Of a DNA stretch of 64,000 bases, positions 55,029-63,784 are shown in pieces; position 1 is the stretch's first letter; each line of letters opens with the position of its first letter. Under the pieces are notes generated by a model that was not told the DNA's origin, made no database searches, and saw nothing but the letters and a program-made list of their open reading frames with translations. Made by a program: the position numbers and the translations under genes. Origin of the DNA: a virus (lineage: Duplodnaviria > Caudoviricetes); IMG/VR virus record IMGVR_UViG_3300033076_001518, positions 1,526 to 65,525 of that record. The stretch is one strand, 5' to 3'.

Positions 55029-57932
55029 ATGGCCAAGAAACCTGCTCCGGCGCTGCGCGCCGACGATGTCACCGCGCGTCAACCCGCTCTCGCTGCGCAA
55101 CAAGGGCCCCGCGTCGGCGCTCCCGACGGGGAAGCCTCGACGCTGGGCGTAGAGGAGATGCCGGACGGATCCGCCGAGGTGGAGTTCGAAGACTCTGTCT
55201 TGCCTGAGATCGAAGAGCTGCCGGACGGTTCGGCAGTTGTCCGCGAGCCGGAGCCCGAAAAGAAGGCCTCGCTCGATGGCGACAACTTCTACGAAAACCT
55301 GGCAGCCAAGATCGACTCCGCGGAACGCAGCGACCTTGCGCGCCGACTGCTGGAGGCGATCGAGCGCGACAAGGAGGACCGCACCGAGCGCGACAAGCTC
55401 TACGCCGAGGGTTTGAAGCGCACCGGCATGGGCGGCGACGCGCCGGGCGGTGCAGAGTTCGAGGGCGCGAGCCGCGCGGTTCACCCCATGCTGATCGAGG
55501 GCTGCGTGGACTTCGCGGCTCGCGTGATGAAGGAGATCTTCCCGCCCAACGGACCGGTCAAGACGCAGATCATCGGCAAGTCGAACCGCTCCAAACTGGA
55601 GCGCGCCGAGCGCAAGCGTCAGTTCATGAACTGGCAGTGCACGAAGCAGGTTCGCGAGCTTCGGCCGAGCGTCGAGACGCTGCTGACCCAGGTGCCGCTG
55701 GGCGGCTCGCAGTACATCAAGATCTGGCACGACCCGCGCTACGGACGCCCGCGGGCGGAGTTCGTGCCGATCGACAAGTTCTTCATCCCCGCGGCGGCGG
55801 CCGACTTGTACTCGGCGGCGCGCAAGACCCATCAGCAGGACATCACGCGTCTCGAGTTCGAAGCCCGAATCGCCAGCGGGCTCTACGACGAGGCCACCGT
55901 CGTCAACACGGACTCCGCCACGCTGCCCGAGAAGTCGGAGGCCGAGAAAGCCAACGACAAGATCCAGGGCGTGGCCGAGACCGGTTACAACGAGGATGGG
56001 CTCCGTACGGTGTACGAGACCTACGTCCTGCTGGAGCTGGACTCGGACCCCAAGGCCCCCAAAGGCCGCGTCGCGCCGTACATCGCCACGGTGGACGAGT
56101 CGTCGAACCAGCTGCTGGCGCTGTACCGCAACTGGGAGGAAGACGATCCGCTGTGCCTCGAGCTGGAGTGGGTCGTCGAGGGAACGTTCATCCCCTGGCG
56201 CGGCCCTCAGGGCATCGGCCTCATGCACCTCGCGGGCAGCTTGGCCGGCGCGGCCACAGGAGCGATGCGCGCGCTGCTGGACTCGGCGCTGATCGCGAAC
56301 TTCCCGGGCGCGTTGGCGTTGAAGGGCGCTGGCACCGCGGGTCAAGCGAAGAGCGCGGGGCCCACGGAGATCACTCAGCTCGAGTCGCCCGCCGGGGTGG
56401 ACGACATCCGCAAGCTGGTCATGCCGTTCCCGTTCCCGGGGCCGTCCGCGGTGCTGTTCGAGCTGTTGAAGTTCACGGTCGAGAGCGGCAAGGGGGTGAT
56501 CAACACCGCCGAGGAGAAGATCGCCGACGCCAGCTCCACTGCGCCGGTCGGCACCACGCTGGCGATGATCGAGCAGGGCTCGCTAACTTACAGCTCGATC
56601 CACAGTCGCATGCACGGGATGATGGAGCGGATCCTCGCGATTCTCCATCGTCTCGACGCCAAGCATCTCGACGACGAGATGACAGTGGCCGAACTCGGCG
56701 ACTTGAACGTCTCGCGGGCCGATTTCGAAGGCCCGATGGACGTCGTCCCGGTCAGCGACCCGAACATCTTCAGCGAAACCCAGCGCTACGCCCAGCTTCA
56801 AGCGGTGCTGATGTTGCGTGGACAGTTCCAGCCGGGCTCGTTCAAAGACAGCGCGCTGCTGGAGCAGTCGCTGCGGTTGCTGCACTTCCCGGGCTACGAG
56901 GACGTGCTGAACACGCCGCTCGAGGCGGAGGAGCGCAACGCGCTAGACGAGAACGTCGTCGCCTCCAACCCGCAGGCGACGCTCGAGGTCTACGAGCTGC
57001 AGGACCACCTCTCGCATCTGAAGACGCACGTGCGCTTCATGGCGAGCCCGGTTTTCTGCGCCAACCCGATGATGGCGCCGATCGCGCTGCCGAAGCTGCT
57101 AGAGCACTGCCGCAAGCATTTGCTCGCCTACTACCAGGAGAACGTGAAGGCCGCAGCCGACGCCATGATGCCGCGACTGGCGGAGCTCGGCATCCGCGGC
57201 GACAACTCCGACGAGGTGCTGGAGGCGGCCACGAGCTCGGCAGACAAGAAGATGGCCGAAGAGCTGCAGGAGATCTTCCCGGTCATCCAGCAGCTTCAGC
57301 AGCAGCTCCAGCAGCTCATTCCGCCGCCGCCGATGCCGGAGATGGGCGTGGAGCAGATTCGCCAGCAAGGCGAGACTCAGCGGCTTCAAGCGCGCGAGCA
57401 AGCCGAGACGGCACGCGAGCAGCAACGGCAAGCGTTGGAGGACCAGCGCGAGCAGCGACGCGAGGCCGCGGAGAAAGCCCGCGAGGACGCCAGGGCCCAG
57501 GCCGAAGCCGCGCGTCACACGGAGGAGATGGCGGTCGCGGCTCGCAACGCCGAGATCGCCGAGCAGAGCGAGCGTGACAAGCAAGAACGCGAGCAGGCGA
57601 TGGCTCAGTTCCGCGAGCTGATGGAGAACGTTCGCGAGACTCAGCGCAACCAGACCGACATCATCGTTGCCCAGATGAAGGAGGTCACCGCAAGAATCCA
57701 GGCTCAGGAGGACCGCGTCGCCGCGGAAGCTGCCACTGCCGCCGAAAGCGCCAAGCAGAACGAGGCGAAAGCCACCGAGTCGGATGACACGATGGCGTTG
57801 TTGGTGCAGGCCATGACGAGCATTCTCAAGGCTCAGACGACCCCGCGTCAATACGCCATCAACAAGGACCCCGCCACCGGGCAAATCATGCTGAAATCGT
57901 TCGCTGGCGGCGAAACAACTGAAGGAACCTGA
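55029..57932 (+). CDS. portal protein
   Basis: FEGASRAVHPMLIEGCVDF, YSSIHSRMH, VVPVSDPNIFSETQR; long C-terminal coiled coil; downstream of the terminase genes. Confidence 0.88.
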   Translation: MAKKPAPALRADDVTARQPALAAQQGPRVGAPDGEASTLGVEEMPDGSAEVEFEDSVLPEIEELPDGSAVVREPEPEKKASLDGDNFYENLAAKIDSAERSDLARRLLEAIERDKEDRTERDKLYAEGLKRTGMGGDAPGGAEFEGASRAVHPMLIEGCVDFAARVMKEIFPPNGPVKTQIIGKSNRSKLERAERKRQFMNWQCTKQVRELRPSVETLLTQVPLGGSQYIKIWHDPRYGRPRAEFVPIDKFFIPAAAADLYSAARKTHQQDITRLEFEARIASGLYDEATVVNTDSATLPEKSEAEKANDKIQGVAETGYNEDGLRTVYETYVLLELDSDPKAPKGRVAPYIATVDESSNQLLALYRNWEEDDPLCLELEWVVEGTFIPWRGPQGIGLMHLAGSLAGAATGAMRALLDSALIANFPGALALKGAGTAGQAKSAGPTEITQLESPAGVDDIRKLVMPFPFPGPSAVLFELLKFTVESGKGVINTAEEKIADASSTAPVGTTLAMIEQGSLTYSSIHSRMHGMMERILAILHRLDAKHLDDEMTVAELGDLNVSRADFEGPMDVVPVSDPNIFSETQRYAQLQAVLMLRGQFQPGSFKDSALLEQSLRLLHFPGYEDVLNTPLEAEERNALDENVVASNPQATLEVYELQDHLSHLKTHVRFMASPVFCANPMMAPIALPKLLEHCRKHLLAYYQENVKAAADAMMPRLAELGIRGDNSDEVLEAATSSADKKMAEELQEIFPVIQQLQQQLQQLIPPPPMPEMGVEQIRQQGETQRLQAREQAETAREQQRQALEDQREQRREAAEKAREDARAQAEAARHTEEMAVAARNAEIAEQSERDKQEREQAMAQFRELMENVRETQRNQTDIIVAQMKEVTARIQAQEDRVAAEAATAAESAKQNEAKATESDDTMALLVQAMTSILKAQTTPRQYAINKDPATGQIMLKSFAGGETTEGT

Positions 57933-57934
57933 TC

Positions 57935-58663
57935 ATGCAGAAGCAAGTTTCCGCGGCCGAGAACCCGGCGGCCAAAGCCCCCAACGTCTTCCGTTCCACG
58001 TGCTTGCGGCCGCGTCCCGACCTGAGCACGGAGGAGCGGACGCGTTTCGACGCCATGTTCGCGGCGCGGAACGCCGCTATGGAGGCCCAGGGCATCACGA
58101 CCGAGATGATGTTCGACGCGATCCGTCGCGGCGACAAGGGTGCCGAGACCACCCACCGCGAGGAGCTGGAGCGGCTCAAGCTCGAGGAGGAGCGGCTGTC
58201 GCGCGACATGCGCCCGCTGCAGTTCAAGGCCTGGGAGCGCGAGGACGCCAACCTCGTGACGAACGTCGGCCGCAATGACATCCTCGACAAATACTGGCGC
58301 GGCAGCAGCTACACCCAGACCGTCGTCATGGGTCTGAAGGGCACGGGCGCCCCCGCCGCCGGCGACACCCAGGCGTCGCACGCTGGCTGGCTCGAGGTGG
58401 GCGGCACCAACGCGCCCGCTTACACCGGCTCGCGCAAGGCGGTGACGATGGGCGCGGCGTCGGCGCAGTCGTCGGTGAGTCCGCAGCAGACGTTCGCCAT
58501 CACCAGCACCGGCACCGTGAGCGGCCTCTTCATGAACAACGGCGGCAGCAGCACCAAGGACGACACCACGGGCGTGCTGGTGAGCGCGGTGAACTTCACC
58601 GGCGGCGACGAGGCGGTGAACAACGGCGACTCGCTGCTCGTGACCTACACGTTCAACGGCTGA
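57935..58663 (+). CDS. virion structural protein with N-terminal extension
   Basis: NLVTNVGRNDILD...SAVNFTGG...VNNGDSLLVTYTF. Confidence 0.65.
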   Translation: MQKQVSAAENPAAKAPNVFRSTCLRPRPDLSTEERTRFDAMFAARNAAMEAQGITTEMMFDAIRRGDKGAETTHREELERLKLEEERLSRDMRPLQFKAWEREDANLVTNVGRNDILDKYWRGSSYTQTVVMGLKGTGAPAAGDTQASHAGWLEVGGTNAPAYTGSRKAVTMGAASAQSSVSPQQTFAITSTGTVSGLFMNNGGSSTKDDTTGVLVSAVNFTGGDEAVNNGDSLLVTYTFNG

Positions 58664-58691
58664 TCGTACGTAGAAGAAGGGAGGCCCGCCC

Positions 58692-60038
58692 ATGGCGCAC
58701 CAGACCGAACCGCGCGTTCTCGAGACCTCGACCACCGTAGGCACGGGCGCGCTCACGACCGCGGGGTCGGTCACGGGATACCAGCCTTTCTCGGCTCGGT
58801 GCAGCGTGGGCGACACCTTCTTCTACAACGCCGAGAGCGTCGACGCCAACGGCAACGCCACGGGAGAGTGGGAGTACGGGCTCGGCACGTACTCCAGCGC
58901 AAACACCGTGACGCGCACCACGCCGATCAGGTCTTCGAACGCAGACGCCGCGGTGAATTTCAGCGCAGGCACGAAGCGCGTGATGATCACCGCGGCGATG
59001 ACCGAGATCTTGTCTGCGGCGCCGAGTGCGAACCAGAACGACTACAACGCGGGGAGCCTCGCTGCGCTGCTCTCCTGCAAAGGGCTCCGCCTCAGCATCA
59101 CGGCCACTCTCAAGCTCACGGGCCTGGCGGCGACGTATGACGGACACGAGATTGTCATCGCCAACAGCAGCACGGACTTCCTTCTCTGGCTCGAGCATCA
59201 GAACACCGCCAGCGCTGCCGCGAACCGATTCGACCTTCCGAACGGGTTCCCTTATTTCTTGATGCCGGGCGACCGCATCACGCTCCGGTACAGCGACATC
59301 AGCGCGCGTTGGCAGGCGATCAACGCCAGCAGCAACATGTCGCAGATGGGGCTGACGTTCTTCACGGACTTGATCGGCGGCACCGCCACCGCCAACCTCG
59401 GCAACGCGGGCGGCGGGCTTACGATCTTCGTGAGCGGCACGGGCGCCGCAGCGGCCACGTCAACCTACCTCGCCAACACCACCGAGCGCCCGCTCGGCAT
59501 CATGCAGCTCACCAGCGGCACCACGGCCACGGGTCGTGCGGGTGTCGGCGACAACGGCACGGACCAGATCATTCCCACGTTGGGAGCAGCGCTCTCCGTG
59601 GCTCGCTTGGCCGTACAGGCCACGGTGAGCGGCACCGAGACGTTCCAGGTTCTGAGCGGGTTCATCGATGTCCTGGCCGCGGGCGCGACGACGGACGGAG
59701 TCGCTTGGAACAACCGTTGGAACGGCGCGGCGGCCGAGTGGTCGCAGGATCGCTGGGCCGCCACGGTGCGCACCGGCACAGTGACCGGCAGCCCCACGCC
59801 GGACAACAACTACATCTGGCTCGTCGTGTTCGTGAACCCGGGCTGGACGCGCGCAGACTTCATCTACTCGACCGACTCGGTGAGTTTCCTCGTCGCGAGT
59901 AGCCCGACGACTGGGTTCCCGTCGAATACGCAGCGCACAAGCTGGTGTCCTGCCGGCATCGTCAAGTCCGTCGGCACGACTGCACGGCTCATCGCGGTCG
60001 ATTTGGCCGGGTACCGTGTTGACTACGTGAGGGGATGA
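58692..60038 (+). CDS. tail fibre protein
   Basis: RVLETSTTVGTG...EWEYGLGTY...TRTT..RSSN N-terminal anchor; beta-rich C-terminus. Confidence 0.7.
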   Translation: MAHQTEPRVLETSTTVGTGALTTAGSVTGYQPFSARCSVGDTFFYNAESVDANGNATGEWEYGLGTYSSANTVTRTTPIRSSNADAAVNFSAGTKRVMITAAMTEILSAAPSANQNDYNAGSLAALLSCKGLRLSITATLKLTGLAATYDGHEIVIANSSTDFLLWLEHQNTASAAANRFDLPNGFPYFLMPGDRITLRYSDISARWQAINASSNMSQMGLTFFTDLIGGTATANLGNAGGGLTIFVSGTGAAAATSTYLANTTERPLGIMQLTSGTTATGRAGVGDNGTDQIIPTLGAALSVARLAVQATVSGTETFQVLSGFIDVLAAGATTDGVAWNNRWNGAAAEWSQDRWAATVRTGTVTGSPTPDNNYIWLVVFVNPGWTRADFIYSTDSVSFLVASSPTTGFPSNTQRTSWCPAGIVKSVGTTARLIAVDLAGYRVDYVRG

Positions 60039-60526
60039 TGGAGATCAGCGACGAAGAGTCCAACGTTTTCGTACGCGTCATGCGTTTCGCCAAGAAAGGC
60101 GACGCTATCAGCGTACACGCGCACAACTTTCCGCATCTTCACTACGTTCCGCGTGGCCGGCTGCGGGTTCAAAGGTACGAGACAAACTACGGCAGCGGCT
60201 CCGCTTTGGAGCGTGAAGCGGGGCTCCGGCTTGAAGCGCGCATTCGACGCTGGCGCGACGCGCCGGGCTGGATCTTCTGGGCTCCGTGGTACGCCGAATG
60301 GCTCTGGAAACGTTGGCGCGTGCTGACCAGCGGCCCGGGACGCCTCTTAGACGAGGTCGTCGTTGACGCGAATGAGCCTTTCAACTTCGTCTTGATCCGG
60401 GCGTTCACGTTCCACAGCATGGTCGCGGAGCAGGACGACTCGATCGGCCACTGCGTGTTTGCGCACCGCACGCCGCAAGGCGAGGTGGTGCAGAAACGTA
60501 ACGGCTGGGGTCAGGCGTACGTCTGA
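60035..60526 (+). CDS. cupin-fold protein with Trp-rich insertion
   Basis: HAHNFPH...RG and H.MVA..D....CVFAHR cupin motifs flanking a ~55-aa insert. Confidence 0.6.
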   Translation: MMEISDEESNVFVRVMRFAKKGDAISVHAHNFPHLHYVPRGRLRVQRYETNYGSGSALEREAGLRLEARIRRWRDAPGWIFWAPWYAEWLWKRWRVLTSGPGRLLDEVVVDANEPFNFVLIRAFTFHSMVAEQDDSIGHCVFAHRTPQGEVVQKRNGWGQAYV

Positions 60527-60536
60527 AGGCGAACAA

Positions 60537-60938
60537 ATGGCCGACCTTCTTATCCGCATCCGCGATAAAGAGAGCAGCGGGGACGCCTTCACAGACGAAC
60601 TACAGTTCAAGCGCGGCGACGTGATCGACGTGAAAGAGTCCCCCGGCATCTGGGGCGAAGAGCTGCGCAATCCGGACTGGAGAATTCTTCGGCTGACCAA
60701 CGTCTCTGCGGCGGACGTCATCGAGCTGCTTCGTGAAGAACGCGCGGCTGACCAGACGCTGATGCGTAAACGAAAGGCTCGACTCAACATCGACAGCGCT
60801 GCGTTGCCGCTAGCGGTGAGGACTTGGCTTCAAGACGACACGCGCCAATCGCCGATTCTGACTGTCGGGCTCTCTCGCGCGGCGGTTCTTGCGCTCGTAG
60901 AGAACAAGGTTCCTCGCTTCCGTTTGCGAGTGCTGTAA
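60537..60938 (+). CDS. hypothetical protein
   Basis: ATG 60537; FKRGDVI...WG..E..NPDWRIL. Confidence 0.6.
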   Translation: MADLLIRIRDKESSGDAFTDELQFKRGDVIDVKESPGIWGEELRNPDWRILRLTNVSAADVIELLREERAADQTLMRKRKARLNIDSAALPLAVRTWLQDDTRQSPILTVGLSRAAVLALVENKVPRFRLRVL

Positions 60939-63413
60939 ATGCCGACCCCCGTCGTCTCAGTTATTTCGACGACCAACAACGACCACGGCACCGGTCTGAC
61001 GGTGTACACGTCGTTGCAGGCGTGGGAAGACGCGGCGCCTGCCAACCTCGTTACCGCTGATCAGATTTGGCGCGGTGAAGCTTGGAACGATGGTGAATTT
61101 ACCGGGGCTTTGACGATCGGGGGTTCCACCTCCGATGCAACTCGCTATAAAGAACTCGTCACTGCCGCGGGGCAGTCGTTCGCCGATAATTCGAGCAAAC
61201 TCTCCAACGCTCTTCGCTACAACCAGGCTAACGGCGTCGGCCTGAATGTGACCGCGGGCTACACCGATGCGATCACGATCACCGAGAACTACGCCAGGGT
61301 TGGCAAATTCCAGGTAACGCGGAACACGGGTGGTGGCGCGAGTCGTGCGATCGTCATTTCTGGCTCAACCGACAACTTGGTTGAGCAGTGTCTCCTAGAG
61401 GCGACGACTCCTGCCTCCGTTTTGCTTGCGGATACGAATTCGCAGATTTCGTCTTCGCTATTTGTCTCTCGCTCCTCTTCATGTCCCGCAGTCATCACCG
61501 TAGCTGGATCTGGCGGCACGGTCGTAAACTGTACACTGACAGTTCCGTCGGACCTGACGCCTGCGACGAAAGGTGTCGCGCGATCCTACGCGTCGTCTTG
61601 GACAGTCAAGAATTGTGGCATTTTCGGCGTAAGCGACACGGGCGACACGACCGGCATCACTTACGTCAATTGCTACAGCGACGACGCCAGCCCGCCTAGT
61701 GGCGTCACGACGATTGCGTACGATACAAGCACGGGCAGCGGGTTCCAAGCGACCACCGACGCGGCTCGCGACTTCAGGCTCAAGAACACTTCGGGGCTCA
61801 TCGCGGCCGGGACGTCCTCGGGTGCGCCGGCAGTCGACATCGTCGGCACTCCCTTCGGCAGCCCACCGAGCGTTGGCGCCTGGGAAGGTAAGCTCCCTCC
61901 GGCCGCGAACGACACGGTCACGTTCTCCGACTCGGCCGTCGTCTCCGTAACGCGGATCCCGTCTTTCCGCTCCGTGATGGAGCTCGGGGGTGGCCCGCTC
62001 GGCTCGGGCACGTTCGGCGCATATACGCGCAGTAACTCGGGCGGTGGCGGCGCTGTAGCAGATGCTACGGACACAGTCACCTTCTCCGATAGCGGGGTCG
62101 GAGTCTCGACGCGCATCGCGGCCGCGACCGACACGCTTACGCTCACTGACAGCGGGGTCGGGGTCTCGACGCGCATCGCGGCCGCGACCGACACGTTCTC
62201 GCCGACCGACTCGGCGGTAGGGGTCTCCACGCGGGCCGTGACGGCCACGGACGGCCTCACGCTGACCGACAGTGGCGACGCTTCGCTCGCGTTCGCCGCC
62301 AGCGCGAGCGACACGCTGGCGCCTTCCGATAGTGCGGTCAGCACGACCGACCGAGTCGCCGCCGCGACGGACGGGCTGACGCTGTCCGATTCTGCAGCCA
62401 GCACGACGGATCGTGCGGCCGTGGCTACGGACTCGCTTTCGTTGTCGGACTCCGCTGTGGGGGTCTCGACGCGTGTCGCGGGCGCGACCGACGCGCTCTC
62501 GCTGACGGACTCGAGCGAAGGGTTCGTCGCGGTACCTGCCGAAGCATCCGACAGCCTTTCGCTTACTGACAGTGCTGTAGGGGTCTCGTCGCGCACTGCC
62601 GATGCCGCGGACTCCTTTACGCCGACCGACAGCGCAACGAGCGTCACCGATCGTGTCACAGCCGCCACGGACACGTTCGCCCCGGCTGATAGCGCGGTCA
62701 GCACGACGACGCGCGTTGCGGACGCAAGCGACTCGCTCTCGCTGACGGACTCGGCAGTCGGAACCGCCGTAGCCGGCGCGGCCGCAACGGCCACGGATAC
62801 GCTGACGCTGACCGACTCGGCGGCGGGAGTGACGACGCGAGTCGCAACGGCGAACGACACTCTGTCGCTCTCGGACTCTGCTGCAGCTGATCGGATTGCG
62901 GTCGCGACGGCCACCGACGGGATCACGCCGACCGACTCGGCCATCGGACTCGTGCCTCGCGACGCGGAAGGCGTCGATGCGATCACCTTCAACGACACCG
63001 CTACCGCGGTCGTCGTGCCGCCGACACCAACGACGGGCGGAGGTCGTGCGTGGCTGCGTGCTTGGCTTCAGCAGCAGTACACCAAAGACTTCGAAGAGTA
63101 CGAGCGACGCCGCGCCGAGCGTAACCGTGCGCCGACCGCCCCTGCAGCTCCTGCGGCGGTAGCCAAGCGTGCTGAGATCGCGTCGAAGTCGGCTCCGCCG
63201 CGACGCCAGGTCGAGGCGAAAGAGCTCGCAGTTCTTGTTCATCAGTTCGCAGCCGCAGTGAGCGCGCCGCCGCCTCTCCAGATCGATCTACCAACGGTAC
63301 CTTCTGTCGAAGATGTGCGCGCCGTAGCCAAGAAACCTTCTGCCGCAGCGTCGGAGTTCACTGCGGAAGACGAGGAGCTGGTGCTCCAGATTGCCCGAAC
63401 TCTAAATCTGTGA
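60939..63413 (+). CDS. large fibre/spike-like protein: beta-helix-like N-terminal half, 20-aa repeats, charged C-terminus
   Basis: 824 aa; AWEDA..A N-terminus; DxLxLTDS repeat array. Confidence 0.7.
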   Translation: MPTPVVSVISTTNNDHGTGLTVYTSLQAWEDAAPANLVTADQIWRGEAWNDGEFTGALTIGGSTSDATRYKELVTAAGQSFADNSSKLSNALRYNQANGVGLNVTAGYTDAITITENYARVGKFQVTRNTGGGASRAIVISGSTDNLVEQCLLEATTPASVLLADTNSQISSSLFVSRSSSCPAVITVAGSGGTVVNCTLTVPSDLTPATKGVARSYASSWTVKNCGIFGVSDTGDTTGITYVNCYSDDASPPSGVTTIAYDTSTGSGFQATTDAARDFRLKNTSGLIAAGTSSGAPAVDIVGTPFGSPPSVGAWEGKLPPAANDTVTFSDSAVVSVTRIPSFRSVMELGGGPLGSGTFGAYTRSNSGGGGAVADATDTVTFSDSGVGVSTRIAAATDTLTLTDSGVGVSTRIAAATDTFSPTDSAVGVSTRAVTATDGLTLTDSGDASLAFAASASDTLAPSDSAVSTTDRVAAATDGLTLSDSAASTTDRAAVATDSLSLSDSAVGVSTRVAGATDALSLTDSSEGFVAVPAEASDSLSLTDSAVGVSSRTADAADSFTPTDSATSVTDRVTAATDTFAPADSAVSTTTRVADASDSLSLTDSAVGTAVAGAAATATDTLTLTDSAAGVTTRVATANDTLSLSDSAAADRIAVATATDGITPTDSAIGLVPRDAEGVDAITFNDTATAVVVPPTPTTGGGRAWLRAWLQQQYTKDFEEYERRRAERNRAPTAPAAPAAVAKRAEIASKSAPPRRQVEAKELAVLVHQFAAAVSAPPPLQIDLPTVPSVEDVRAVAKKPSAAASEFTAEDEELVLQIARTLNL
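62070..63003 (+). repeat. about 15-16 degenerate 60-nt (20-aa) tandem repeats
   Basis: Consensus DTLTLTDSAVGVSTRVAAAT; the first two units are nearly identical in DNA. Confidence 0.9.
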
Positions 63414-63422
63414 GGTAACGTC

Positions 63423-63611
63423 ATGAAGCAGAAACCCACCAACATGCACAAGCGTCTCGCGATGGGCGACACCGTGAAGGGCTACGCCAAGGGTGGCTCG
63501 ATCGGGTGCGACCCCGCGGTCACGGCCAGCGGTGGCTCCAAGCAGCCGCTGGTCACCGCGCGCCGCAACAACGGGGTGAAGGGGATGAAGTCCGGCGGCA
63601 AGACGTGCTGA
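63423..63611 (+). CDS. small basic protein with YAKGG motif
   Basis: GAGG before ATG; GYAKGGSI...GMKSGGK. Confidence 0.65.
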   Translation: MKQKPTNMHKRLAMGDTVKGYAKGGSIGCDPAVTASGGSKQPLVTARRNNGVKGMKSGGKTC

Positions 63612-63784
63612 TCGACGCCAACAAGCTCCTGCGTGCGCTCGAGGACCAACGTCAGAAGCTCATGCAGGACACGTTCACAACTCCCCCGGCCGACTACGCG
63701 AGTTTCCAACGGGCGGTGGGAGTCTACAGCCAGATCAAGCGCGACATGGCTTTGATCCAGGAACTCGCAAGGAAGGAAGACTGA
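63605..63784 (+). CDS. small hypothetical helical protein
   Basis: GTG 63605; PADYASFQRAVG.Y motif. Confidence 0.65.
   Translation: MLIDANKLLRALEDQRQKLMQDTFTTPPADYASFQRAVGVYSQIKRDMALIQELARKED

Noticed and set aside
55637-57577. 646-aa alternative-frame ORF inside the portal gene
   Set aside because: Out-of-frame shadow with low-complexity Arg/Ala/Gly content and no ribosome-binding site or motif support.
61479-63242. Long minus-strand ORFs with repeats (61479-63242, 61673-62998)
   Set aside because: Mirror of the 60-nt repeat array in the plus-strand fibre gene.
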